DNA of 64,000 nucleotides from Macrostomum lignano (GCA_002269645.1 NIVC01000010.1:2108001-2172000); one strand, 5' to 3'. Shown: positions 1-34,425, counted from the stretch's first letter. A program made the numbers and translations. Notes: a model not told the origin generated them from the sequence alone.

Positions 1-269
1 TTGATTGCCCGAGAAGTTTTTTGAAAATTACATAGCAAATCCACATTTGTCTAGCAGAGAAGTATATCGTATAAGAAATCTGTCGCGTCTCTCCTTTCTT
101 TCGTGCGATCTGATCCTTGTTAATTCCGATCTCTTCTCTTCTTTCTTTCTCGGTTTTCTACAATAGACTTATACAGACTATGACTCTAAGGTTGGTCAAA
201 CGAGGGATTTTATCCACAGGGGTGATACCATATACTTATTTGCCATAGACTTAGGCCGGGGCAAGTGGG

Positions 270-625
270 GGTTACATTGTCCAGCCAGGTTTTCAGTTCA
301 TTGTCATCTACGAATGCTTTTTTTTTCTTCTGGGCATTGTTCAGGGACACGAAAGGTGATAATCCGTTGGCGCTATGTATGGTAAGTGTGTCACGCCGTA
401 TTTCCTGGACGCAGATCTTGAAGTTTGTTGACCAACCATCTTGCAGTTGTTTGGGAGACAGCTCAGCATGCGGCAGGGGAAGTCCACCAAATGCAAAGAA
501 TAACAGGGCCAATGGACTTCAGCCGATCTGCTGTATGACGATACGAGAGCAACGAAGTTGCCCTGACAACATGCCAGTTCCGATCAAATTCAGGCAGCTG
601 GTGGGGCCACCCATTGATCCTAGCT
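270..625 (-). mobile_element. Degenerate mariner (Tc1/mariner) transposase remnant
   Basis: Minus-strand fragments in shifting frames match mariner motifs in order: GWPHQL (WVPHEL), PVILCIWW (KVMLCVWW), YIAPTDYHL (YSPDLAPSDYHL), SLNN..KKKAFVDDNELKTWLDN. Heavily deleted and frameshifted; no TIRs found. Confidence 0.6.
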
Positions 626-1362
626 TGGACACTAATTGCCTATTGTTTGCAATTGTGTTTTGCTGCGAGCTCTCGTGGACATCGGCCTCGGAAGGTGGTC
701 CTTAACAGTCTCGATATTCAAGACCCTCATCTCGAGAGAGGAGTGACGGCAGGGAGTGACAGCATAAAAAGTCACGATTAGTTAGTTTGTCTGCTTTTCA
801 CCTTTCGTTGGTTGCCATGGCAATAGTTTTCCAAGTCTGAGGTCTATTAGTACTGCAGCGGTAATGTAATTATCGAGGTAAATTTCCTAAATTGATCATT
901 AATAACTGCATGTCTCCCACCGCGCAGCTCTTAATTTCTTACCTATTGTTAATTTTTATTTATTAATTAATGGCCCGGTAATAATAATAGACTTGATTGG
1001 CAAGATAGGGAAACTATATGTGTGGCAATCAAGCCTGCACACATGTATACAATGTGCATCGTTGATTAACTACCGTGTGTGGCTATTGTACCTGAATAAA
1101 CATAGCTGCTCAAGTCTGCAAAAGCGTGTGTTTGCGTTGCCATTGACAACCAGAGAGGCAAACACAAGCAGTAGGGAGCAAGGTGAAGTCCGCTAGCCGC
1201 TAAGCAATTGTTTTAATGCATTCTCAGCCATGCGTGCCATTGGCTTTGGCCTCGCAGCCACTGTATCCAATTGGCAGAAAACAGTAACTAACCAATACCT
1301 TTAAAATAAAAGTAGCGAACAGACTGACTGACTCACGAGTTTTTGCTTTCCATTCTCTGACA

Positions 1363-22918
<21,556 letters not shown>

Positions 22919-23369
22919 CAAACGATTTTAGTTCGCGTCTAATCCGCGTCTTTTGTGGTTGATGAACTTATTAATCCTTCATACTGGCCTCATAATCTAA
23001 TATTTTCTTTGACTAAGATCTGAACCATGTGAATTCATGCATCACTCTTGCATCAGCCACTTATTTGTTATTCTATCTGATTAGCGTTAGATGTGGAGTC
23101 AAAGCGACGTGTGTTGTTTTGTGACAACGGGGCCCTTAAAAGGGCCGTTTTTTATTAATTGACAAGTTTCAAGTAATCGCGCAGTTTTCTGAATACTGTA
23201 CTATAATTAAAGGTCTACAAAAATGCTACGCAAACAAATTTTATTCTTTATGTCGCAGAAATTATCGATCCTGAGGTAATTTATGAATTGGATCAAATAT
23301 AAGCGCGCGGTCGTTGTGTTAAGTTTCTCATTCTTTCTTACTAAATAAACAGCGATTGTCCGGTCCAAT

Positions 23370-24530
23370 GCATTGATTTATTGAAAAACAAGTCGGAAGT
23401 TTTTGACAGCTTTAAAAATTAGTCCTAGCTGTCACAAATCAAACAGGTAAAATCTATTTGGGTTATTAATGGTGGAGACTATGCATCAGGCAAATTCAAA
23501 GTCTTCTGTGGCCAAAACAGAATCATTCACCAAACTACGAGTACTGTGCGGTATTCCCCAGAACAGAATGGAGTAGCGGAAAGGGTGAACAGAGCCTTCA
23601 ACATCTGCGAGCATTTGAATGCACAGCCAGAGCACGTGTGTTGACACAAAAGCGTCACAAAATTGACTCAAAAGTCCAAGCAATATGATTTCAAGAGTCG
23701 TGTTTCAATGAGCAGGAATCGGATCACCGGGACACACTTCAACTACATACAAATACAGAACCAATGGTGACTGAATCGCCTAAGTCTAAGTCAAGAATCG
23801 CCTATAGTGGTTGGAGCGTCAAACTCACGACTGAAAGGTCGAGGGTTTGATTCTCGATCCACTCGGAACAATTTATGTTTTTGAGCAAGATACTCAACTC
23901 TGCATTGCTTCAGTTCACCCAGCTGTAAAATGGGTGCCAGCGTTAGCTGGGGTAATTGAGGATGTGTGTGGCGACCCCTCAGTTCAATTGGACTGAACAG
24001 CCGTACGCAACCTTCAGATGCGCCGCGCAATAGCTGCGGCTGAGCTGTCGGTTGCACATCTGCTCATTGGGGCAGGTGTAATCAATTATTTTTTATGTTA
24101 CATGCATCTGTGCCAACTTTCAAGAGGCAATTGGCGTAAATGTGGATGATATGTTGCTAACAGTATCAGACAGTAACTGCAACGCAAGTTTAAAATTAAA
24201 GACATGGTGTGAGTTTCAGTACTTCCTTGAAGTACACGCTACCTGGATGGATGGTTTATTACTTCTATGCCAAGAGAAATAATTGAACTGCAATGGACTT
24301 CAATGGCCCTAGCAGCTACGGAAGTCGAGTACATGGTCCTATTTGCCGTACTCAAAAAGCTATTTAGGTAAGACAACTACTACTGGAACTTCATCTAGAG
24401 CATAAGGATTGCATCACCATCGCGGGCATACAATCAAGGTTGCATTGCCTTAGCTAAAAACCCATCTTAGTACAGTCGTTCGAAGCACATTAATAAACGT
24501 CATCATTTCCTACGAGAGAAATTAGACATC
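23370..24530 (+). mobile_element. Degenerate Ty1/copia LTR-retrotransposon pol remnant (integrase, RT, RNase H)
   Basis: LKNKSEVFDSFK*, GGDYASGKFKVFC...YSPEQNGVAERVNR (integrase, 23380-23600); VNVDDMLL (RT); ALAATEVEYM and YNQGCIALAKNPS*YSRSKHINKRHHFLRE (RNase H, 24300-24520). Stops and large deletions. Confidence 0.88.
23795..24095 (+). mobile_element. tRNA-derived SINE with a CORE/Meta-like central domain, inserted in the copia remnant
   Basis: A-box-like TAGTGGTTGGAGC, B-box-like GGTTTGATTCTC, then GAGCAAGATACTCAAC...CTTCAGTTCACCCAGCTGTAAAATGGG, resembling the MIR CORE sequence. Confidence 0.7.
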
Positions 24531-24775
24531 CTAATGACAGCACTGTCACATTACTGTTTCGTAATTTAAAAAATTGCAATTTAATACTCAGAGGCAATAG
24601 CACTTGTAGACTACCACTGCCAATTATACACGACTGTAGTATCCTTCAATAAATATGTCTGTTTCCAATTCAGATCATTTGATACTGCCTTATCGGTAAT
24701 ATAGCAATGAAGTGGGAGTTTTAACATAAATGCGTTGCTGTACATGTATGTGTAGTTGCTACTCACTGATTTGTT

Positions 24776-26205
24776 CTATTTTAATAGGCGAATCCGTATT
24801 CCCCTTCTAGAATATTCTAGAATGCTTCACCATTTCATACAGTACTTGTCCATGCCTGTATCTCTGATTCTCTGTACCTGTCTGTATCTTAAAACATCAA
24901 GCTCTGGGCCTCCCTTTAACTCAAATCTGCGTATTTTTACCTGACCCCTGACTCTCCCTTCCTGTAGCACTTTGTCCTTTCTCTCTGTCTCTGGATCCTT
25001 CATCGCCTTCTTATCTCTCGTCTCCATCTCTCTGCCTCCCCGATATTCGCATCGATCCCGCATCCCATCTCTTCCTTTCATTTCATTTGCTTTTCCTCTT
25101 CTGTTTGGATTTAGGTAATGGCAGGATCTGAACCACCAACCGGCATTTTGTCCTTGAGATTTTGAGCATGAGCCACCGGAATTCTTGTCATTGTCGTTAT
25201 CGTAGGTGCTGAACTTTGACCCGTTGTGATACCCTGCTACATTACTATAGAGGTCGCCACCTGGTTCCTGATCACCGAGCATCAGCCTGTAGCTCTCGTC
25301 CGCTCCGCGCACTTGGAAGCCCTTGAAAGTCGCCCGCATCAGTGAGCCCTGAACTTTAATACCTTCGAATGTCAAACTGCAGCTCCGGTCCTTCGTCATG
25401 GCTGACAGCTGTTCCAGACCTGGTCAAATAGCACTTTTCCAGATGCAATTTGAGTCCCAGGTTTAAACTTGTCAAGCAGAGCTTTATGACCGATTTCGGC
25501 GAACTTGGCAGCTTTATAGTCTACTTGAAATCTTCAAAATTCCCTCTTCCCCTCCCTTGTTGACTCCTATCTTGAGCCAATTGACAGAGTCTGACTCTCT
25601 AAATGTTGCCTCTGCCTCTTGTCCTCACCAGTTCCTGCTCACTGCTTCTCACAAGACTCTCGAATTGCAAAGGGTCATCACTCAATTGGGCTGAGTCACC
25701 CAGGCCACTCACCCATCCAGTAGTTGCCACTGAGATCTCCGAATCCCGTAACGTAGGTGTCCCAGTTCTGTGCGAACGAGAGGCTGTTGTCCAGGTGTTG
25801 CTGGAAGACCACCTTAGGGCCGGCCTTAGGGCTGGGCACAGGGCTGGTTAGCGATCGGACGGTGTCGAACTGAGAGCCGTCGGGCGCGAATCGCACACAG
25901 CCTTCTGGAGATAGGAATTGGGTCCGCAGAGATTCTTCTCCTTATATTCAAACAGCTTTTGAAGCTGTTGCACAGAAATACCAGCTGACCGGCTGTTCCA
26001 TCGCTGGACACTCTACACATCATGATGGCACCGAAGTCTTTTCTCAGCATTCAGCATTCAGAAGCTGTTGGAATGAGTCAGTGATATTGAGGTCTAGTGA
26101 GAGCTCGAACTTATCATAGAATGAGTTGTACTTCAGGCTCGCAGGCTGCTTCACGAAGTCCACCGAGAACTCAGAGGCTGAGGTCCTCTTGTAGAGTGTT
26201 CTACC
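24776..26205 (-). pseudogene. Fibrinogen-related (FReD) domain gene, probably pseudogenised
   Basis: Exons about 26203-25990, 25904-25713, 25419-25108, 24855-24776. FReD motifs VVFQQHLDNSLSFAQNWDTYVTGFGDLSGNYWMGLE, HNGSKFSTYDNDND, CS...GWWFRSCHYLNPN. Apparent 1-nt frameshift near 26050, no donor after LNPN, in-frame TGA at 24827-24829. Confidence 0.7.
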
Positions 26206-26289
26206 TCCCGTAAGAAGATATAAAAGTGTTAATGTACTACTCACACATTTTATTTAGTAGTAAATTGAAGAGCATGAATAAAGGTATGC

Positions 26290-27000
26290 TTTGAACTATA
26301 AGTATATTCGGACTAACCAATAGGAAGAGAGAGACCTCGAGCATGCTAATTTTAGAAATCACCCAATCACGTGCGACCAACAACTGTCAATTCAAACCCC
26401 ACCTTCAAGTCATCATTTGGTTTGCACTCGGGTTGCACCCGGATGAACCAATCAAAGTCTACCAGCTACGGTAACCAATCATGCGCTTTTACAGTAGACT
26501 AGTTGCGCAACTTTCTACCCTGTCATGCTTGACAGCCACCGAATCGTGACCCTTTGACATTTGCGAAGACAGTGATGTACGACCTCGAGAGAGGTCTGAA
26601 CGCCTATAAATACAAGTGGTCCGGAACGGACTCAGAGCCAACAATTCCTCCGGAAGGAGAAGAGCTCCGAAGAGGAAGCCACAGTCGGACTTCCTGGACC
26701 AATACTCGGTCGGTTGTTGCGGTAAGCCTTCCTTATTTGCGCCTGTTGTTGTTAGAGACGTCTCGCTCAAGTCCAGTGTGACTTGAGTTTAGTTTGAGTC
26801 TGTTGAGACTCTTGAGTCTGTTTAGACTCCACTGATTGCAGTCTCCAGAAGGACTGCCCCTGATAGATCTTAGAAGACTATCAGTGGTTTCCGGAGCTAT
26901 TCCTAGAGTGCATAGAGGCACTGCTAGAAGAAGGAGGCTTAATTAAGACCGCAGTTTGGCGCAGGGTACCCATTGTTAATTTGGAAGCTTCCTATTGGTC
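26290..27000 (+). mobile_element. Possible LTR / 5' end of a retroelement
   Basis: Several CCAAT boxes, TATAAATA at 26605, hairpin-rich segment, then TGGCGCAG (PBS-like) at 26957. No TSD or second LTR found. Confidence 0.3.
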
Positions 27001-27814
27001 CGAACGACAGATTCCGGCCGGAAATACTTCTAAAAGAGAGAAGAAGGAAACTCGGACCCGATCGACACCTGAAGACGTCTAGAAGTCTACGAGATCTACT
27101 GAGAGATCTACAGTTGAGAACGACTCAAGAACGAAATCTAAGAATCCGGATTAAAGGTAATTGAATACCTTCATTTGATTACTGGGTTGCCTAGCTACAG
27201 AGCTAGAAGTGATTGTTCCTTGATTACAGTTGAGGACTGGTAATAAGGAACACATCACTCTGTGCGACGGACAGCCAGAGAACAAGGAGAAGCAGTGCGG
27301 AGAGGAGTTTCATGGCTGGCTACTGAAGATTTTCTGATTGGGATCGCTTTGGTCCTTAGAGATTGGATCATTTGAAGTGGCGAAAAGCGCTGCTGCTTAT
27401 AAAGACTCGCTAGCTGTGTGGTTCTGGTCGATTGATTCCAATAGTGTCTCTGCCACGTCATTGTACACGTTCGTAGGTCTAAATAACTAGAATATCTTCT
27501 TTTCAGCGGAATGAATTTTTTCGAAGTTAAATTAAAAATTTCATTTTTCTGAATTTATTTTTTTCACGTAGACTCTGAAAATATGGTAGATTGTTTTTTT
27601 CTTTTATTTTCAGGAATTCGGTTATTAGCTCAGCATTCTTGTCCAGTGCATTCCTGCGCAGCTGAAGTAGTTTTTTGCATTTTAAGCATTGAAATTTCAA
27701 CAGATGAGTTCTGCACAAGATTGTGGGGGTTGGACAGAGCGTGCCGAGCTGCAGTTCCCACTTTTATCTATCTAAATGGCTGAGCTGCCTCGCGTTAAGC
27801 CTCTAGGTAAGATC

Positions 27815-28865
27815 CAGCTAAACTTCCAGCTGAACTCCAGCTGAACCTCCAGCTGAACCTTCAGCTGAACCTCCAGCTTAACCTCCAGCTGAACCTTCAG
27901 CTGAACCTCCAGCTCAACCTCCAGCTCAAACTCCAGCTGAACCTCCAGCTGAACCTCCAGCTGAACCTTCAGCTGAACCTCCAGCTTAACCTCCAGCTGA
28001 ACCTTCAGCTGAACCTCCAGCTCAACCTCCAGCTGAACCTCCAGCTGAACCTCCAGCTCAACCTCCAGCTCAACCTTCAGCTGAACCTCCAGCTCAACCT
28101 CCAGCTCAAACTCCAGCTGAACCTCCAGCTGAACCTCCAGCTCAACCTCCAGCTCAACCTTCAGCTGAACCTCCAGCTCAACCTTCAGCTCAACCTCCAG
28201 CTCAACCTCCAGCTCAACCTCCAGTTCAACCTCCAGCTCAACCTCCAGCTCAACCTCCAGCTCAACCTCCAGCTCAACCTCCAGCTCAACCTCCAGCTCA
28301 ACCTCCAGCTCAACCTTCAGCTGAACCTCCAGCTCAACCTTCAGCTCAACCTCCAGCTCAACCTCCAGCTCAACCTCCAGCTCAACCTTCAGCTGAACCT
28401 CCAGCTCAACCTCCAGCTCAACCTCCAGCTCAACCTCCAGCTCAACCTTCAGCTCAACCTCCAGCTTAGGGGGCGACCCAGTCCCGGGCCCGGGCCCGAA
28501 AAGTTGGGAAATCGGGACAATTCTTTTTCCCTAAAGGCACAAACCAGTCAACAATCAACAATTAACAAAGTCAACAATTGATTATATATTTATTATATAT
28601 TTAATATATTTTATTATATTTAATATATTAATATATTTGTTATATATTTAATAGTAATCCACAAATGCTAAAAATTGATTTATTATGATGATTTTTTTCC
28701 AATTATTGAGCTGTCCTAAAGATCTTGTCCCGAATTCCCGAGGCCCGACCCGGGCCTGAGTCCTCATTCGCGGGCCCGACCCGGGCCCGACTTTGGCCAT
28801 CCCGGTCGCCCCCTACTCCAGCTGAACCTCCAGCTGAACCTCCAGCTAAGCCTCCAGCTAAGCCT
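27815..28865. repeat. 12-bp minisatellite CTCCAGCTCAAC/CTCCAGCTGAAC, interrupted by a hAT MITE
   Basis: Array at 27815-28466, resuming at 28816-28865. Confidence 0.95.
28467..28815. mobile_element. hAT-superfamily MITE (349 bp)
   Basis: Perfect 12-bp TIR TAGGGGGCGACC; 8-bp TSD CTCCAGCT (28459-28466, 28816-28823); subterminal CCCGGGCCCG repeats; AT-rich centre. Confidence 0.9.
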
Positions 28866-29413
28866 AAGGGCTGATGCACACCCTAAAGGATCATTCACAT
28901 CGACTGCAGTCAAAATTTTAGAAGGCTCTGACAACACAAATATATTTATCTAAATAGAGCTCTCTATACACGAAGAATGCGCCATATAAAGACTCTAAAT
29001 ACGAATGGTGGTATTAAATTGTAAAGCACTAATTTGCCTGGTGCTTAATCTGGTGGAAAATGTTGCTGCTGGTGACGTTGTTGGCGGGAGAGACCCCCCC
29101 AAAAAAAATTTTTAAGGATGTTTTAAGTGTCCAAGTTCAGTGTCCAATCAAAAAGCTCCAGAGGACAACCGCGTGGAGCCGGATACCAAGCTAACTGGAG
29201 CGAATGTTAGCCAGGATCCCAAAGATTTATTTTTTTTGTTAATGCAGGACATGAGGCACGAAAGGAGAAGAGATGCAAGAGCTCTGTCACAAACACGAGC
29301 TCGCGCGGGGAGAGCTGAGAGGAGAGAGAGGGGAGATGAAAGAGGAGAGGCGAGAGGAGAGAGGAGAGGAGAGAGGAGGGGAGAGAAGGGAGATGAGAGA
29401 AGTGAGGCGAGAG

Positions 29414-30004
29414 GGGTACCTCTCATTTCGCAGAATCTCATTCTGCCGATTCTCGTTTCGCCGACATTATCATTTCGCCGATTCTCGTTTCGCCAAAATT
29501 AATTTCATAACCATCTGGACATTAGACCATAGACAACTACACTAATGAAAATGTGATTTAGATGTCTATGGCTTGAAAAATAAAGTATTGTATTAGTAAT
29601 ATTGCGCGAGTATTTACCTACCATAGCCTTTTTGCAGCTTAATTTCGTTAGCTTGCCAGCATTACGAGCGTAGTTTTAACTCATTCAATTCAGAATTCAA
29701 TGCAATAAAACCACTTATTTACAGTATTTAACCAGAAAAGCCACCAGAAACGATTTCAATCCGCATTTTTGTATTTCACAACCTCCTAACATACATACAT
29801 ACCAATAGACTTTTATACATAGACTATGCAGAAGGAAGAATTCTTAATTTTATTTTTTTCAAGCCATAGACATCTAAATCACATTTGCATTACTGTAGTT
29901 GTCTATGGTCTAATGTCCAGATGGTTATGAAATTAATTTCGGCGAAACGAGAATCGGCAAAAAGAGATTCGGCGAAACCAGAATCGGCGAAATGAGAGGT
30001 GCCC
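29414..30004. mobile_element. Mutator-like (MULE) MITE with ~175-bp TIRs
   Basis: Long inverted repeats starting GGG(T/C)ACCTCTCATTTCG with TTCGCCGA subrepeats; 9-bp TSD AGGCGAGAG/AGGTGAGAG (one CpG-type mismatch); inserted in a GA-rich tract. Confidence 0.85.
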
Positions 30005-30559
30005 AGGTGAGAGCTGAGAGAAGAGAGGGGAGCTGATCGGAGAGAAGAGGCGAGAGCTGAGGGGAGAGTGGGGGGATATGGGAGAAGAGACGAGAGGAGG
30101 GGAGAGAGGGGAGATGAGAGAGGAGAAAGTCTTTCAAATATTAAGTGAACAAATTTCTAAAATCTGCTTTTAATATAATTCATATAATTTAGTAAATTTA
30201 CTTCATAAAATATATGGGCTCTAATCACGTGTTGCTGCAAACTTGTTTCTGTCTAATGTTGACAAGACAATGAAGCTACCAAGGGGCGTATTGCCATCGA
30301 CAATTTTTGTGCTGCTCCGGAACAGAGCAATGCAGGCACACGAAATTCGGGAACACGATGTTCCTTGTGGCAACTGTGTCGATCGTTCTCTAGGTCGAAA
30401 ACTGGCTTACAACATGTACATCTACCTTTAGTGGGTTTGGTTTTCACATACTGTGGTTCCAATATCATTCAAATATAATAGCGATATACAATTAGAATAG
30501 AAGTGCTTTCTTCGCTTGGGTCACTGATAATAGAATAACTAGATAGGCTACTAAGCTAC

Positions 30560-30890
30560 TATCAGCTAAGTAGTAAGTTAAACTGAAGCATTTTATCTAC
30601 TTTAAGACAAGGCTAATTTATTGGCTCTAACCCTCTCCTCTTAGCTTAAACCCTCTCTAACTGCGTCTTTCTACACAAAATCTAGCCCCTACCTGCAATG
30701 TACATTTCAGTAGCGTTGGCTAGTGTACATTTTTATGGTTGAACCAATTAGAAAGCTGTTTACGCCTGCAAGCTTGGATTCTAAACTTTACGAGCTATCA
30801 AAGTCATTTCAGTCGCCTTTATTCTTTAAAAAATAGCTTATGTACTCTTTTTTACTACTGAACTGGAAGTGTATAACTGTTTTACTAATC
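30560..30890 (+). repeat. Dispersed repeat, third copy of a sequence also in intron 19 of both TRPA1-like genes
   Basis: Shares AGTAAGTTAAAC.GAAGCATTT, ATGTACATTTCAGT, GTTTACGCCTGCAAGCTTGG.TTCTAAACT and AAAGTCATTTCAG with 18235-18590 (+) and 34430-34830 (-). Confidence 0.75.
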
Positions 30891-31189
30891 ACCAAGTGCC
30901 TAACTATATCCAATCTAAGTATATATATCTGGCTGGAGCTAACAAAACCTAGATTAAGTAGATTTATCTGTGCGTCAGTTGCGCTTTAAGTTTTATCAAA
31001 CGAAACTGAACAATTCAAACAAAAATCTTCTGTCAGGCATTGCGGATAAACGCGTCCAACTTTGCTGTGAGATCTTTGACACTTGTTTCCAGCTCAGCGA
31101 CTCTGAAATTGCAATTAGAAGTGGAATTTGGTGAGCCTGTTTGCCTCAGGCACTTCCTAGAAAGTCTGGTCAATAAAGCTGTAGATGGA

Positions 31190-32170
31190 AACCAGACCTG
31201 AAGGAATCTGAGGGGAAGGGAAACCAGACCTGAATGAATCTGAGGGGAAGGGAAACCAGACCTGAAGGAATCTGAGGGGAAGGGAAACCAGACCTGAAGG
31301 AATCTGAGGGGAAGGGAAACCAGACCTGAATGAATCTGAGGGGAAGGGAAACCAGACCTGAATGAATCTGACGGGAAGGGAAACCAGACCTGAATGAATC
31401 TGACGGGAAGGGAAACCAGACCTGAAGGAATCTGAGGGGAAGGGAAACCAGACCTGAATGAATCTGACGGGAAGGGAAACCAGACCTGAATGAATCTGAC
31501 GGGAAGGGAAACCAGACCTGAAGGAATCTGAGGGGAAGGGAAACCAGACCTGAAGGAATCTGAGGGGAAGGGAAACCAGACCTGAAGGAATCTGAGGGGA
31601 AGGGAAACCAGACCTGAATTAATCTGAGGGGAAGGGAAACCAGACCTGAAACAGTCTGAGGGGAAGGGAAACCAGACCTGAATGAATCTGAGGGGAAGGG
31701 AAACCAGACCTGAAGGAATCTGAGGGGAAGGGAAACCAGACCTGAAGGAATCTGATGGGCAGGGAAACCAGACTTGAATGAATCTGAGAGGAAGGGAAAC
31801 CAGACCTGAAGGAATCTGAGGGGAAGGGAAACCAGACCTGAAACAGTCTGAGGGGAAGGGAAACCAGACCTGAAGGAATCTGAGGGGAAGGGAAACCAGA
31901 CTTGAATGAATCTGAGAGGAAGGGAAACCAGACCTGAAGGAATCTGAGGGGAAGGGAAACCAGACCTGAATGAATCTGAGAGGAAGGGAAACCAGACCTG
32001 AAGAAAGCTGAGGGGAAGGGAAACCAGACCTGAATGAATCTGAGGGGAAGGGAAACCAGACCTGAAACAGTCTGAGGGGAAGGGAAACCAGACCTGAAAC
32101 AGTCTGAGGGGAAAGGGAAACCAGACCTGAAGAAAGCTGAGGAGAGTCAACCTAAACCTAACCAGACCTG
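31190..32170. repeat. 32-bp minisatellite (reverse complement of 22045-22765), intron 23 of copy B
   Basis: GAATCTGAGGGGAAGGGAAACCAGACCTGAAG units. Confidence 0.95.
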
Positions 32171-32599
32171 AAGGCATCCCTCAAGAATGATGAACTGAGC
32201 TAAACTGATAAACCAGCATGCTGTAATCCAAACAGCTGAAAAAGTGTTCAATTTCTCACCTGCGGCTCTGCTGCTGCACAGCTTCCTCCAGACCTTCATC
32301 TCCAGTCTCAGACTTCTCTCCACTCTTCTCGGCTCTCTGAGCAGTCTTGTAAGCTCGATAATCTTTCTCAAAGCTGCCCCTGAACACGGCCTTGAGTCCG
32401 GTGTAGGTGCGGTTAGGATAGACCTCCATGTGGAAGCGGTGGAACCGGCGCTGGAAATACCTGGGACAGTTGGTCTCCACCTCGTAGATTAGATTGATCT
32501 GAGCGACAGGTGCGAGACGAGGTTTTCGTGCTAGTCAGCAGTCAATCGAAGTATTTGGAAAATATTTTCAAAATTCTCATGCCGATATATCTACAGTCC

Positions 32600-33105
32600 A
32601 CGTGATGTCAATCCTACAGTCCCCATGGCGCCAATCCTACAGTCCTCATGGCGCCAATCCTGCAGTCCTCATGGCGCCAATCCTACAGTCCTCATGGCGC
32701 CAATCCTACAGTCCCCATTGCGCCAATCCTACAGTCCTCATGGCGCCAATCCTACAGTCCTCATGGTACCAATCCTACAGTCCCCATGGCGCCAATCCTA
32801 CAGTCCTCATGGCGCCAATCCTGCAGTCCTCATGGCGCCAATCCTACAGTCCTCATGGCGCCAATCCTACAGTCCCCATTGCGCCAATCCTACAGTCCTC
32901 ATGGCGCCAATCCTACAGTCCTCATGGTACCAATCCTACAGTCCCCATTGCGCCAATCCTACAGTCCTCATGGCGCCAATCCTACAGTCCTCATGGTGCC
33001 AATCCTACAGTCCCCATTGCGCCAATCCTACAGTCCTCATGGCGCCAATCCTACAGTCCCCATTGCGCCAATCCTACAGTCCTCATGGCGCCAATCCTAC
33101 AGTCT
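32600..33105. repeat. 23-bp minisatellite ATGGCGCCAATCCTACAGTCCTC, intron 22 of copy B
   Basis: Tandem array. Confidence 0.95.
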
Positions 33106-33719
33106 ACGTGACGCCAACTTTGCTCTCTTGAGCGCACCACAGTGTGGTCCACTGAAAGCGAGAAGCGTTGAAAATATAAAGTTTTGATTTTTCCCAGATT
33201 CGCCATTTCGACTCACCCTTAATGCCAGCAGCTGTAGCTCGGCTTCTCGCGTGATGCCCTCGATGTCGCCAACAGCAATGCCAATCTGAGCAGTCGGAGG
33301 CAATATCGGATTTTGTTACGTTTTTTTGTGACAAGCCTACATATGAGTACACTTCACTCTGCCTATCGAAGCCATTGAAGAAACGCCAGAAAAACTCACC
33401 AACAAGTTCATCAGCGCAATCGGCATAATGATAACGAAGGCAACGAACAAGCATTGTACAGCAGTCTGGAATCTGCCATAGTCGGCCGATACAAAGTACG
33501 TGACGAATTCCAGCTCGCCGACTGTCATGTCGAATGCCTTCAGGATGGCGTAGGGCACCGTGCTGAAGGGCGTCTGAAGACGTTTGGGGACGAGGTGGCT
33601 GTCGAATAATTAAGAAACAAACCAATCAATCAATCAACCAACCAATCAGTAAATCAATCAATCAATCAATCAGTCAACCAATCAGTCAATCAATCAATCA
33701 ATCAATCAGTCAATCAATT

Positions 33720-33770
<51 letters not shown>

Positions 33771-33818
33771 GAACCAATCTATCAATCAATCAATCAGGAA
33801 ATCAATCAATCATTTAAA

Positions 33819-34085
33819 GGGGTTGCCGTAGCCCAGTGGTCTAGCGCGGCGCTCTGATGTGCCGGGTGGCCCAGGCTCGATTCCAGGTGCAGTCACATTA
33901 ATTAATCTGGAATCTCGGCTTGGCTCTGCGCTTGGCCCAAGGCACAGTGAAGTGTACATGACTAACGATAAATAAAGATAGGGCCGCTGTACACTCCTGT
34001 GTGAGTGTGTGCCTGCTCAGGGAAGTCGGCGGAATGGGCAGCAATGCCTCTCGCCGGTTGTGCGACAATTATTCAATTCAATAAT
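33819..34085 (+). mobile_element. tRNA-derived SINE in intron 20 of copy B
   Basis: A box TAGCCCAGTGG, B box GGCTCGATTCC. Body motif AGGGCCGCTG.ACAC.CCTGTG.GAG.GTGTGCC also present at 1765-1800 (fragment in copy A intron 1). Absent from copy A intron 20. Confidence 0.75.
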
Positions 34086-34393
34086 GCAACTACGCACTTG
34101 AAATTTCAACCAAAAATGGACCAATGAAACAGTCAATCAAGGAGTCAACTAATTCAACTAACTCACTGAAGATCTCATACTCGAGTAGAAAGCCATCGCA
34201 AAAGCCATCAAAAAGAAGCCAAAGATGAGCAGCACTTTCACAAGAGACACCAGCACTCTTTGAAACATCAGCGAGTACAGGCCGGTGGAGGGTATACTGC
34301 GGGTTGAGCAATGAATGCAGGAAATTTACTGAAATTCTTCGTAATAAACATAGATACAAAAAACTATAGTAGATGAGCCACTCAGGAATATAT

Positions 34394-34425
34394 CAAGGAC
34401 GACTTAAGTACTTAAGTCGTCCTTG
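34394..34425. mobile_element. 32-bp perfect palindrome flanked by an 8-bp direct repeat (TIR-only micro-element)
   Basis: GAATATAT-[CAAGGACGACTTAAGT ACTTAAGTCGTCCTTG]-GAATATAT; not present in the aligned part of copy A intron 19. Confidence 0.6.

Noticed and set aside
30253-30468. Cys-rich ORF (RCTCC...VCLHC across frames) as a piggyBac C-terminal relic
   Set aside because: Needs a frameshift, Cys spacing is poor, and there is no adjacent DDE remnant or TTAA end.
33819-33890. tRNA gene
   Set aside because: Has A and B boxes but no convincing cloverleaf and continues into a SINE body; the same applies to 23800-23860.
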